A DNA stretch of 64,000 nt from Candidatus Poribacteria bacterium (lineage in GTDB: Bacteria > Poribacteria > WGA-4E > PCPOR2b), in contig OZ242326.1 of the NCBI GenBank assembly GCA_965208325.1, positions 2,400,001-2,464,000 of the forward strand. The letters are read 5' to 3'. The position numbers were made by a program, and so were the translations under genes. Numbering within the stretch: position 1 is the stretch's first letter; each line of letters opens with the position of its first letter. The notes under the pieces are model-generated. The model had not been told where the DNA came from and made no database searches. It saw only the letters and a list, made by a program, of their open reading frames with translations. Below, piece after piece: positions 50,793 to 60,836 of the stretch.

Positions 50793-51004
50793 GGATCAAC
50801 TGCGCGAAAAGATCAAGCGAGTGGACAACGCGCGCGATAGAGATCCCCATTCCCAACCCAACCTACAATATCTTAATCGTTTCCGCTTTACGCATTACTC
50901 GTTACTCGTTACTCGTTACTCTTTACGCTTTACGCTTTGCCGTAGGATCAATCTCCGTATCGCGACACACATGCCCGTGGTCGCTCTACCCAACCTACAA
51001 ATGC
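50793..51004. repeat. ~200-bp direct repeat copy 1 (REP-type with heptamer array)
   Basis: Closely similar to 53803-54000. Confidence 0.85.
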
Positions 51005-51185
51005 TGGTTATAAAGAAGCGGTCGCTGCTGCGACGTTTATTACACGATTGCACAAATCCGGCTTCGGGGATAGAAGTTTGATAATGCACGGCGAAAAATG
51101 GTATGATACATGTCATGTGATGATTCTTGTGTAGATTCTATTATTCAATCCTCCACAACGCACCAATCGAAAGGGGATATCCACT

Positions 51186-52457
51186 ATGAATCGTTCAATT
51201 TTCAAATCCAGCGTGACATCAATCACCGGAATTGTGGTGTTGTTGCTAATTTCCGTGTCTATCGGCATTGGCGAGGACACCTCATGTACGCTATCCGGCC
51301 ATGTGGTTGACATCAATGGCAATCCAATCCCCGATCTCCCCATAGCTGTTGTACCGTTTACGAGCGTCTATGGCGAATTGGGGCCTGCGTTCCTCCTAAA
51401 GGATTTCATGCCAGAATCGTATGTCCCTCTGATTAAATCGAAAACCGATGCGGAGGGACAGTTCTCTGTCGAAGGGATTAGACCAGGCCCCATTGAATTC
51501 GTTGCACCGGCTGGGCATCTTCCTGACGACGGCGCACTGCCGCCTGATTTCAACGAACTTCAGTCGGATGCCGAGGTTCTATCTATCCGTATCGGCGCGG
51601 TTACCCTCTATCCTTATCGGTTGAGCGGCTTGCCATTTGGTGAACTGACGTTCTCCATCGATCCCGGAGCGCACCTCGAAAATGTAGAAATCATGATACG
51701 ATCCCGAATGCGAATTCGAGGACAAATCGTCTTTTTAGACGGGACGTCCCTTGCAAACGCACAGGTTCGGCTTGAGGTGCGGCGAAAAGATTTCGACGGC
51801 TCAGGCACGGGCAGCTCACGAAGCAATGCCGAGACAGACAATGCGGGCTACTTTACGGAATATGTGAATGAGCCGGGGTACTATACGGTTGCCGTCGAAT
51901 TTCAAGGACTTTCGGTAATCTCGGAACAGTTTCGCCTTGAAGCTAAGCAACGGCGCGATGATCTGGTTTTGATATTGGACGGTGAACCGATTTCCATGAA
52001 TTCAACGCCCGATCCGGTGAAGTGGGACGACATAACGGACTGGATGGCAAACCCGGAAACCGGTCACAGTTACAAGGGCATCCACTGCAGGAATTGGGAT
52101 GACGCCCAAGCGAAAGCCGTCGCCGAAGACTCACATCTGGTCTCAATAAACGACACCGCGGAACAACAGTGGCTCATGGGAACCTTTGGCGCTGGCCCCT
52201 ATTGGATTGGGCTGACGGACGCGGAATCGGAAGGCGTGTGGCGATGGACAAGCGGCGAACCGGTCACATACACCAACTGGGCGCCCGACGAACCGAAGGC
52301 AACCGGCAATAACGAAGCCGATTACGCCTTCATGTCACGGTCTCAAGGCGGGAACTGGTATAGTGTAGGCCATGATGGACCGGATTGGGAGAGTTCCGGC
52401 ATGGCGATTATCGAAAAGGGACGTTTGCCCGGCAAGCCGCCCGTAGAAGAGAAATAA
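51186..52457 (+). CDS. Secreted protein: carboxypeptidase-regulatory-like beta-sandwiches plus C-type lectin domain
   Basis: Signal peptide; LSGHVVD..GNPI; 'NPETGHSY...WDDAQAKA...HLVSIND..EQQWL...YWIGLTD...EG.WRW.SGEPVTYTNWAPDEP'. Confidence 0.88.
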   Translation: MNRSIFKSSVTSITGIVVLLLISVSIGIGEDTSCTLSGHVVDINGNPIPDLPIAVVPFTSVYGELGPAFLLKDFMPESYVPLIKSKTDAEGQFSVEGIRPGPIEFVAPAGHLPDDGALPPDFNELQSDAEVLSIRIGAVTLYPYRLSGLPFGELTFSIDPGAHLENVEIMIRSRMRIRGQIVFLDGTSLANAQVRLEVRRKDFDGSGTGSSRSNAETDNAGYFTEYVNEPGYYTVAVEFQGLSVISEQFRLEAKQRRDDLVLILDGEPISMNSTPDPVKWDDITDWMANPETGHSYKGIHCRNWDDAQAKAVAEDSHLVSINDTAEQQWLMGTFGAGPYWIGLTDAESEGVWRWTSGEPVTYTNWAPDEPKATGNNEADYAFMSRSQGGNWYSVGHDGPDWESSGMAIIEKGRLPGKPPVEEK

Positions 52458-52524
52458 CCCGAGTTCTGACCGCTTCATTGACGCTATCCAATTATCACAA
52501 AGCTACTCAGAAGGAGGATTAACC

Positions 52525-53766
52525 ATGACGCTTTCCTGCCGCAGACAGACTTTCACGATTTTAGCTATCATTGTTTTATTCATGCAAATTGCAGCGACTC
52601 TCGCCGCCGCTCAAAAGGCTGCGTGTACACTATCGGGCATCGTTCTTGATGTGCAGGGAAATCCGGTTGCCGGGTTTACGGTAGGTGTTCAACCCTATGA
52701 AGAGATTGACGGTGTACAACACATGTTTGGGCCTGCCTTGGAGGCGCGGACCGACGACGCGGGGCGCTTTTCTATCACCGGTATCGTTCCGATTCCGATT
52801 CGAATTGGGGGTACCTCACAAGCCGAGTCAAACATGGGTGAATACTTTGAGCGCGGCAATGAAATCCAAGCCGTCAAAATCGGGGCGGCGACTATCCATC
52901 GCCATCCGTTTGACGGTGGAATCAGGTTATCCATTGAGCCAAGGACACACGTCTCGGACACTGAAATCAAGGTGAAGCCCCATGCGCGAATTCGGGGGCA
53001 AGTCGTCTTCACCAACGGGTCGCCCCTTGCCAACACAAGGATTCAAGTTTCAACACAATACCGCTCCCCGGATGGGATGAATACCGGCAGCACCGGTACA
53101 ACGCCCATGACGGACAACTTAGGTTATTTCGCGGAAAAGGCAGCGACGCCTGGAATCTACAGGGTAACGGTTAACTTCAAGGGGTTTTCCGTAACGGCAG
53201 CGCCGTTCCAACTGCAAGCGGGTGAAACAAAAGAAGATTTGGTCTTCACCTTAGCGAGCGATCCGATAATGCCGGATGTCGCCCCGGAAGAGGGGGTAGC
53301 GCGCCCGCCTACGGCGTCTGCGTCCACATCTCCGTTACCGCTCGGCGCAGGAGTATGGGTCGTGAATCCGGCAAATGGGCACGCCTACAAGAGCATCCAG
53401 TGCGAAAGCTGGGACGATGCGAACGCCCAAGCGGTCGCCGAAGGTGCATACTTGGTCGCTATAAACGACGCGGAGGAACAGAAGTGGCTGGCGTTGACCT
53501 TTGCCATGAGTTCCTATTGGATCGGGCTGACCGATCATGAGAACGAGGGCGAATGGAAATGGACGAGCGGCGAGCCGGTCACATACACCAACTGGGCGCC
53601 GTTTGAACCGATGGATGCAGACGCCGGCGACGAGGACTATGTCCGCATGGACAACGTATCAGACTGGTTCGATGTTGACCCTGAAAATCAGGAATGGCAA
53701 CCCACCAAACTGGCTATCATTGAACGGGCCAACCCACCCGCCAAAACGCAGGCCAAGGAGGAGTGA
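52525..53766 (+). CDS. Secreted protein: carboxypeptidase-regulatory-like plus C-type lectin domain (paralogue)
   Basis: Same architecture; YWIGLTD...SGEPVTYTNWAPFEP; RBS AAGGAGG. Confidence 0.88.
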   Translation: MTLSCRRQTFTILAIIVLFMQIAATLAAAQKAACTLSGIVLDVQGNPVAGFTVGVQPYEEIDGVQHMFGPALEARTDDAGRFSITGIVPIPIRIGGTSQAESNMGEYFERGNEIQAVKIGAATIHRHPFDGGIRLSIEPRTHVSDTEIKVKPHARIRGQVVFTNGSPLANTRIQVSTQYRSPDGMNTGSTGTTPMTDNLGYFAEKAATPGIYRVTVNFKGFSVTAAPFQLQAGETKEDLVFTLASDPIMPDVAPEEGVARPPTASASTSPLPLGAGVWVVNPANGHAYKSIQCESWDDANAQAVAEGAYLVAINDAEEQKWLALTFAMSSYWIGLTDHENEGEWKWTSGEPVTYTNWAPFEPMDADAGDEDYVRMDNVSDWFDVDPENQEWQPTKLAIIERANPPAKTQAKEE

Positions 53767-53802
53767 TACAGTTTCTGTAGGATCAACCGACTGAATAGGG
53801 AG

Positions 53803-54000
53803 GGATCAACTGAGCTAAAAGATCAAGCGAGTGGACAACGCGCGCGATAGAGATCCACATTCCCAACCCAACCTACAATATCTTAACCGTTTACGCTTTA
53901 CGCATTACGCATTACGCTTTACTCGTTACGCTATACCGTAGGAGCGATCTCCGTATCGCCACTCACATGCCGTTAATCGCTCTACCCACCCCACCAATGC
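53803..54000. repeat. ~200-bp direct repeat copy 2
   Basis: Closely similar to 50793-51004. Confidence 0.85.
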
Positions 54001-54232
54001 GAGATCCTTCGATCTCGCAACGGGGTATGGATTACAGATTAAGCAATCTGCGCCGCGATTAGAAAAATTACCATGCTATAACATAACCCAAGATGTTAGA
54101 ATAGGAGAATAACCGAGTTTTGCCAAAAATGCTCGGTTCGTAGCGCTTGCTTTATCAACTAGCAATTTTCGCTATTTGCGCCTTATCTGCGTATCTTCTA
54201 ACCGTTTCAGGTAGAAAGGGAAACACAACTGT

Positions 54233-56029
54233 ATGCAAATGCGGTCTATCACGGCGAATCCGTCTCAGGTTATGGTCGAGCAACTTGCGGCGCTGGATGT
54301 GAAATATCTGTTTTATAATACAGGCTCGCGCGAGGCGCGCTTTTTCGACGCACTGCATGATCACCCGGATATACACGGCATTTTGGCGCTCCATGAAGGC
54401 AGCGTCGCGGCACAGGCTGGCGGTTATACGCAGGCAAACCTCGAACCCGCGGTCATGGTGGTCCATCTCGCCGCGGGGCTTGCCCAATGTTTAGGGCAGC
54501 TAATCAACATTTGGTCTGGCGGTTTACCTGTCGTGGTCATCAGCTTCGCAGGCGACACCGGTAGTTTTGCGGATCGGATTGAACTCGACCTCAGTCACAG
54601 TTTCGGGCCGACATCCATCGCTGCGCCCTTTACAAAGCAAAACTGGACCGTGATCGACCCCGAAGGGCTGCCCCAAGCCATTCACCGTGCGTTACTGGTA
54701 GCCAAAACGCCGCCGGTGGGGCCCGTCCATCTCGCTGTTTATGATCGGGCGCTTGGGCACGAGCAGATTACCGCGAACATTATTGAAGGTCGTATCCCCG
54801 ACCTCCACTCGGGTTATCCATCGGATAGCGATGTCGAGAAGATTGAATCTGCATTGCACGACGCGAAGTCCCCTCTGTTCTATATTGGGGATGGTGTCTG
54901 GAAAAGCGGCGCAGAAGACCAAATTATCGCTGTCGCTGAACACTTTGGTGTTCCCTGTGTCAGCAGCTACGTCCCAGTCGGCACTTGGGAAAGAAGCATC
55001 GCAACCAAACATCCTCTCAATTGCGGCCGGTTGGATCAGGTGGTAGATGTCCTTCAACCCGACCTAATCGTTTGTATCGGTATCCATCATCGGGGCATCG
55101 GAAGGTCCGGGGATTTCGATGTATTTTCTAAAGCGCGGCAGGTTATCGCCATTGGCTCCGATATTGAACATATCAAGAATATCCCGTATCTGTCTACGGC
55201 GATTCTGGCGGATGAGTGCCGGACCTTTGAACGGCTTATTGAATTGGCGTCGAGCCATTCGACCCCGAGCCGCTTTGACGAGCGGCGGGCTTGGGTAATG
55301 GAACAAGCCGCCGCGCTCCACGTCCAGCGAATAAATGAAGTGTGGAAGACCGAGACGCGGCCAAATGAGATCCGGCCGTGGATAGTGGCAGAGACGCTCG
55401 ACACCGCCCTAGAACGTCGCGGCGGCGGGTTGGTGATGCTCGAACAATATGCGGTGCCTTGGGACACCGTCGGCGGATATACGCTTTCATCAGACACCGT
55501 AGACGCAACAGACACCGGCAGGAACAGATACATCCGGGCTGCCGGCGGGTCTGAGGGCTACGGGGTCGGGGGCGCCGTCGGATTGAAGCTCGCCGCCCCT
55601 GAAAAGCCGGTTGTCGGGCTGGTCGGCGACGGTTCGCTGTTGTACGCCGAGTCAGGTTTGTGGTCCGCCGCACACCATAGCATACCGGTCCTCTACATTA
55701 TCCCCAACAACCAATCCTACGGCGCGGTTGCGTCCTCCTTCGCAAGCGTGGATGGGGTGATGAAGGAGACCGGGGAATATGCTGGCGTCGTGCTAGACGG
55801 CATTGACCCCGTAAAACTCGCCGAAGGCGTGGGTGTGGAGGGGTTGCACGTCCAAGCGGAGCCTCGCCTAGCTGCGGCAATTGAACATGGATTGAACGTG
55901 GTTGAAAGGGAAAACCGCCCATTTCTTTTGAATATCCGCTTGCCGCTAGGACTACCGGAGGGCGGACGCCCCGCGGCGCAATTCCGGCTTGCGGACGCCA
56001 GGTCGAAATCTCAGAATCGTGCAGATTAG
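54233..56029 (+). CDS. Thiamine-pyrophosphate-dependent enzyme (benzoylformate decarboxylase / acetolactate synthase-like)
   Basis: ILALHEG, GPVHL, GDGS...NNQSYG TPP-binding motif. Confidence 0.88.
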   Translation: MQMRSITANPSQVMVEQLAALDVKYLFYNTGSREARFFDALHDHPDIHGILALHEGSVAAQAGGYTQANLEPAVMVVHLAAGLAQCLGQLINIWSGGLPVVVISFAGDTGSFADRIELDLSHSFGPTSIAAPFTKQNWTVIDPEGLPQAIHRALLVAKTPPVGPVHLAVYDRALGHEQITANIIEGRIPDLHSGYPSDSDVEKIESALHDAKSPLFYIGDGVWKSGAEDQIIAVAEHFGVPCVSSYVPVGTWERSIATKHPLNCGRLDQVVDVLQPDLIVCIGIHHRGIGRSGDFDVFSKARQVIAIGSDIEHIKNIPYLSTAILADECRTFERLIELASSHSTPSRFDERRAWVMEQAAALHVQRINEVWKTETRPNEIRPWIVAETLDTALERRGGGLVMLEQYAVPWDTVGGYTLSSDTVDATDTGRNRYIRAAGGSEGYGVGGAVGLKLAAPEKPVVGLVGDGSLLYAESGLWSAAHHSIPVLYIIPNNQSYGAVASSFASVDGVMKETGEYAGVVLDGIDPVKLAEGVGVEGLHVQAEPRLAAAIEHGLNVVERENRPFLLNIRLPLGLPEGGRPAAQFRLADARSKSQNRAD

Positions 56030-56483
56030 CCGCCAACTAACTATACGAGGTCCTGTAGGTTGGGTTAAGCGATCAACTGATTGACTATGGATATGAATGA
56101 TGCCGTCTGCACCAACAAAACCCATGCCCTCAATCGTTCGCATAAACATGTTTAATCATTCTGATTGAGGGTTGCGTACCATTTGGGGTTGGAAATGACT
56201 GCTTTATTTTTCTCCTTGATGTAAAGATGCCATGAAGGATGTCGCCGATGCCATGACGGGTTTCGCAAATCCCACTGTCTGCCCCACCCTTTACACCAAG
56301 CCACGTTGGGTGGGCTATTTTCCGTAATCCACTCATTTGCCAACTTGTGCGCGGTAATGACATCTCTGGCTATAAATGTGTTTTCTTTATAGCACACAGA
56401 TGCCTTGCAGCGGTTATCAAATACCCTAATAGTGTACAATTTTGGACGTTTATGCCTCATCTAACATTCTCCATAACTTGCGT

Positions 56484-57377
56484 TTACATACCGGATTTCG
56501 GCTTCTCGATCAAGTGGTTCACCTTACCACAGTTGGCGTATTCCATTAAATTAACCGATCCTACTGTGCAGTGTGCCGCATGCATAAACAGATGTGAGCA
56601 GAAAAACTTGAAATGGGCATAATCATGGTCGTGACCCCAAATCCATTTGTTACGGTTAGCCCCTTTTCTCGCGTGTGAAATCGGAAAATAACAATCGAAA
56701 AACTCACCTTCGGGAAACTCCGTGGTATAGTGCAGTAGGCCATCCTCAAGGCTAAGTATCGAGCTGTGCCTATGTGCATAATCTACAGATTTGTAAATAT
56801 CGTTAAGAGTTGATGGGAAAGTGACGCCGCGCAGCGGGAAGGCGATGCGGTTGCATATTAGAAAAGTAAACACTTGATCAAAGGGTATCTCGTCCTTTCC
56901 ATACTCGGTATTTTGTAAACCATGCCACCGCACAACTGCTGACGCCTCATCGGTTAAGGCGGAACGCATTTCCTTTACTTTGGAGACCCGAATAAGGGCT
57001 TCTGCGAATTGGTCGCGGTTCACGTCAGACTTCACCTCTCCGGCAGCTATCACTGTTTCTACAGGAAAGAACCTCTGGCGGTTCTTCGATTCCAACGGGG
57101 GAGTAAACGATGGGTCGTAAATGACCAGATCAATCTGCCCACTAATTTCTCCTGACGCGTTTACCACAAAGCCTGTATCAATGGCTAATCGTTGTGGTAA
57201 GAACGCTTGAAGAAAATCGCGAACGATTGCTTCTCGATATGTGCCAAATTCCCCCGGATGGCTTACCTTGTTCTGCTTACTATCGTCCTGAAAGAGTACT
57301 TTTGCCCGTTGAGCAAATGCGGAACGGAATATGTCAATTCGCTCTTCAATCAATGCGTCAATGGTGTCATTTGCCAT
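56484..57377 (-). CDS. DUF6602-like PD-(D/E)xK nuclease-fold protein
   Basis: HPGEFGTYRE...FL..FLP...GFVV...SGQIDLVIYD...FPVETV.AAGEVKS. Confidence 0.7.
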   Translation of the reverse strand: MANDTIDALIEERIDIFRSAFAQRAKVLFQDDSKQNKVSHPGEFGTYREAIVRDFLQAFLPQRLAIDTGFVVNASGEISGQIDLVIYDPSFTPPLESKNRQRFFPVETVIAAGEVKSDVNRDQFAEALIRVSKVKEMRSALTDEASAVVRWHGLQNTEYGKDEIPFDQVFTFLICNRIAFPLRGVTFPSTLNDIYKSVDYAHRHSSILSLEDGLLHYTTEFPEGEFFDCYFPISHARKGANRNKWIWGHDHDYAHFKFFCSHLFMHAAHCTVGSVNLMEYANCGKVNHLIEKPKSGM

Positions 57378-57614
57378 ACCATACCTCTGATTTGATATGC
57401 TCCGGCTATGGAGTCGGTTGCTGATATTCTATCTGCTGCCTTCATAGATGCTTCACCACAATAGCATTTTAGCGCTAGGAAACGTCATCAATCACATATC
57501 CTGTAGGTTGCGTCAATCGATCATCTCAGCGGATAAAACAAGCGACCAATTAACGAGCGCGATAGTTTTCTGCGAAACTCAACCCATCACTGTCCGTGAT
57601 AAACCGCTGCGAAC

Positions 57615-59129
57615 TCATCGCAAATTGCCCAGTTTCAGCCAATCAGACTTACCTCGATCCCACCGCCACGAGGCCAATTCACCTTTATAACCAAATTGGT
57701 TCCGGTTGAATCCTAGCTTCACCCATTCCGTGCTGTCTGTGCTAAAGATACTGGCGACTCCCCCGTTTTCATTGACGCTGAGCCCCGCTATCGAAATCCC
57801 GTCCTTGCCAAACGCAACGACGCGCCCGCCGTGGTCGTCAATACCTAGAACTGACTGCGATTCCCCGTCTTTTCCAAAGGCAACAACTTCGCCGCCGTAT
57901 TCTGTGATCGCTAACCCCGCCTTTGAAAACCCGTGCTTGCCAAAAGCAACGACGCTCCCACCATATTCACCAATGCCTAGCCCCGCCCGCAATTTCCCGC
58001 CCTTGTCAAAGGCATCAACGCGCCCGCCGTATTCTCCAATTCCGATCACCGCTCCCGATTTCCCATCTTTGCCAAAGACCGCAACACCCGTGCCGTGTTC
58101 TGTGCCCCCAAGCATCGCCCCCGATTCCCCGTCTTTTCCAACGGCATCAACGCTCCCGCCGTATTCTGTGATTCCGAGCCCCGCCCGATATTTCCCGTCC
58201 TTGTCAAAGGCAACAACACTCCCGCCGTGGTCATCAACACCGAGCACCGACTGCGATTTCCCGTCTTTGCCGATTGCCGCAACACTCCCGCCGTGGTCAC
58301 GGGTAGCGAGCATCGCCCTCGGTTTCCCGTTCTTGCTTAAGGCAACGACGCGCCCGCCATGTTCATCAACACCGAGCCGCGCCCCCGATTGCCCGTCCTT
58401 GCCTAAGGTTTCAACACTCCCGCCGTGTTCATCAACGCCGAGCATCGCTCCCGATTTCCCGTCCTTGCCTAAGGCAGCAACGACCCCACCGTGCTCTGTG
58501 ATTCTGAGTTCCGCCTTTGCTTTACCGTCCTTGTCAAAGGCACCAACACTCGCGCCGTATTCTGTGATTCCGAGCCCCGCCCGCAATTTCCCGTCCTTGC
58601 CGGCGGCGACAACACTCCCGCCGTGGTCATTAACACCGAAAACCGCTCCCGATTTCCCGTCCTTGCCAAAGGCTTCAAAACTCCCGCCGTATTCTCCGAT
58701 TCGGAGCCCCGCCATCGGCTTCCCGTCCTTGTCAAAGGCACCAACGCTCCCGCCGCGGTCATCAGTACCGAGAACCGCCATCGATTTCCCGTCTTTGCCG
58801 ATTGCGGTGACGCCACCGCCGTACTCTGTGACTATTAACCCCGCCTTCGAAACCCCGTCTTTGCCAACGGCAGCAACACCCCCGCCGTGTTCAAGAACGA
58901 CGAGGTTTATTACAGGAGTGCCCGCTTTATCAAAAACGACCACCTCGCCCCCGTCCTCAGACATCCCCAAGCTAACAACTGTCTTGCCCTCGCCGTCAAC
59001 AATATTTAGCTGTTCACAACTAATCGTCTTTGCACTGTTCATCGTCCGGCTACATCCGCTCAATACCCCAGTGACCGCAATCATGCTTCCAATCACCATA
59101 GTTGCCATTATCTTTCTCGTTACCTTCAT
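57615..59129 (-). CDS. Lipoprotein with ~19 tandem 22-aa Gly-rich beta-repeats
   Basis: Lipobox VLSGC; repeat GG.V.AF(G/D)KDGK..A.LG(I/V).E(Y/H); 66-bp periodicity in DNA; RBS AAGGAG. Confidence 0.85.
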   Translation of the reverse strand: MKVTRKIMATMVIGSMIAVTGVLSGCSRTMNSAKTISCEQLNIVDGEGKTVVSLGMSEDGGEVVVFDKAGTPVINLVVLEHGGGVAAVGKDGVSKAGLIVTEYGGGVTAIGKDGKSMAVLGTDDRGGSVGAFDKDGKPMAGLRIGEYGGSFEAFGKDGKSGAVFGVNDHGGSVVAAGKDGKLRAGLGITEYGASVGAFDKDGKAKAELRITEHGGVVAALGKDGKSGAMLGVDEHGGSVETLGKDGQSGARLGVDEHGGRVVALSKNGKPRAMLATRDHGGSVAAIGKDGKSQSVLGVDDHGGSVVAFDKDGKYRAGLGITEYGGSVDAVGKDGESGAMLGGTEHGTGVAVFGKDGKSGAVIGIGEYGGRVDAFDKGGKLRAGLGIGEYGGSVVAFGKHGFSKAGLAITEYGGEVVAFGKDGESQSVLGIDDHGGRVVAFGKDGISIAGLSVNENGGVASIFSTDSTEWVKLGFNRNQFGYKGELASWRWDRGKSDWLKLGNLR

Positions 59130-59158
59130 CGAATGTCTCCTTGTGTTTGTGGTTTGCG

Positions 59159-59404
59159 CTACTTCTGCCGATACCCGTTCTTATCCCACGTGGACACCGC
59201 ACCGTTGCCGTATTCGTTGATGCCGATGGCAACCCGTCCCTTGCCTTTTCCCTCAACAGAGACACTCCCGCCATGCTCATCAACACCAAGCCAAACCTTC
59301 GATGTACCTTCTTTCCCTAACGCGGCGGCGCTGACAAACCCACCGTGTCCATCTACGCCTATTCTTACACCGCGTTGGATTCCGTTCGGACCGAAAAAGA
59401 ACAC
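59159..59404 (-). pseudogene. 5'-truncated member of the 22-aa repeat family
   Basis: C-terminus GINEYGNGAVSTWDKNGYRQK nearly identical to that of 60837-61403; lacks signal/anchor; in-frame stop ~85 nt upstream. Confidence 0.6.
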
Positions 59405-59493
59405 ATCGCCGACCGCAAAGATGTAGCTATTGTTCAGGTCGCTCAGCTCACACTCATACAGAGATATGTCGTAGATTTTTTTTGATTATAATT

Positions 59494-60156
59494 TTAGTAT
59501 TTTAGTCGATTACCGTTAATCGTTCTTAACATGCCCTTATCCCAAGTAGACACGATGCCTTCGCCGTCTCGGTTGATGCTCATGATAGCCTTCCCATTGC
59601 TTTTACCCGCAACTGATATCAAACCGCCGTGCTCATTCAAGCCAAGTGCTACCCCTTTTTCTCTATTTTCTCTATCATTACCCAATACGACAATGCCACC
59701 GTTATCATCAGTGACATCGAGTTTCACACGTGAATACCCATTATTGTTACAGACGGCGATATTCCCGCCATGTTCGCCAGTATAGAGCTGCACCTGTGCA
59801 ATATTGTGGTCATGGCCATAGATTTTGACACTCCCACCACGTTCATCAACATCGAGCGCCGCGACCGGGAGCCCATCTTTTCCACTAACCACGACAAATC
59901 CGCCATGTTTGTTCATAGCAAGGTTCACCCGTGACGTTCCGCTGTCATCATAGACTCGGACAATCCCCGAATTTTCTATGCTTGCCAGATGCACCACTGG
60001 TATCGAATCTTTATTAACGACCGTCAACTTAGTACACTCAATCTCCCCAAACTTATCCCGCTGCGCCGTTACCGGCGGCACCAATAACGCCGTCAATAAA
60101 CTCCCGACGACCCCGCCCACAATCCCGCTCATTACCAGATAGTGTTTTGAATTCAT
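59494..60156 (-). CDS. Exported/anchored 22-aa beta-repeat family protein
   Basis: MNSKHYLVMSGIVGGVVGSLLTALL..VTAQRDKFGEIECTKLTVV followed by repeats; ATG 60156 with purine-rich RBS. Confidence 0.8.
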   Translation of the reverse strand: MNSKHYLVMSGIVGGVVGSLLTALLVPPVTAQRDKFGEIECTKLTVVNKDSIPVVHLASIENSGIVRVYDDSGTSRVNLAMNKHGGFVVVSGKDGLPVAALDVDERGGSVKIYGHDHNIAQVQLYTGEHGGNIAVCNNNGYSRVKLDVTDDNGGIVVLGNDRENREKGVALGLNEHGGLISVAGKSNGKAIMSINRDGEGIVSTWDKGMLRTINGNRLKY

Positions 60157-60376
60157 TGCAATTCCCCCCTTGTGGAAAAACATTCGCTAAAGCCCGGCGC
60201 CTCGCTAGTTTTGACATCGTCTCGCCGCCGTTCGGGCTGTTTGAAATCTCCCTGCGAAATCAAAAAGTCAGTTTAACGCGCCCACGCAAAAATTATACTA
60301 TACAAATGTTTAGTCTGTCCACCGGCTTTTCAAATTTTTTTCGCCATCACTGCATTCGGTGTAGCTTTCGTTAGTT
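60015..60376. repeat. ~360-bp duplication (promoter, leader and 5' coding) shared with 61262-61621
   Basis: Direct alignment of the two segments; both carry minus-strand TGGACA-18 nt-TATAAT (60321-60292; 61567-61538). Confidence 0.85.
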
Positions 60377-60380
60377 TTTG

Positions 60381-60720
60381 TAGGTTGGGTTAAGCGTAGC
60401 AAATAAAAGACGCGAAATATGTCGAATGGATATCGGTATTTGACGATGTTTGTAATCTGCCTAGATGTAGCGAACCCAACGTTTTTGGATATCGCGGAGC
60501 GTTTGATTAATCGGAGGCGGTTCGGAAATACGAAAAGCGTTGGGATCAACTGCGCGAATAGTGAAGGATCAATCGACCGAATAGGGAGGGATCAACTGAG
60601 TGGATAGCGAAGGCGGTAGTCTTCGGGTTCTCTGCTCATCGAATTTTGTCCGTCGTTAGTCTTCCGTCGCTGTTCGTTAAATTGTAAATTGTATCGGAAA
60701 ATCCGCTCAACCCAACCTAC
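60381..60720. repeat. REPIN-like composite element
   Basis: GTAGGTTGGGTT...AACCCAAC...GTTGGG...AACCCAACCTAC with three internal 23-bp units. Confidence 0.7.
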
Positions 60721-60836
60721 AAAGGCTAATTAAGATCCTGTTATCCTTAATTGCCGTCAGAAACAGTGCCTGCTGTCCATTTGCCTGCGTCCTGTATTTA
60801 CTGACCACTGGCAACTAGCCACTAACCACTGCCCTT

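Noticed and set aside
57706..59220. 504-aa Pro/Ser/Thr-rich plus-strand ORF
   Set aside because: Codon-aligned antisense of the Gly-rich repeat lipoprotein, which has the RBS and lipobox
60543..60611. 23-bp tandem units or 66-bp coding repeats as a CRISPR array
   Set aside because: No unique 25-45-nt spacers, degenerate units and no cas genes
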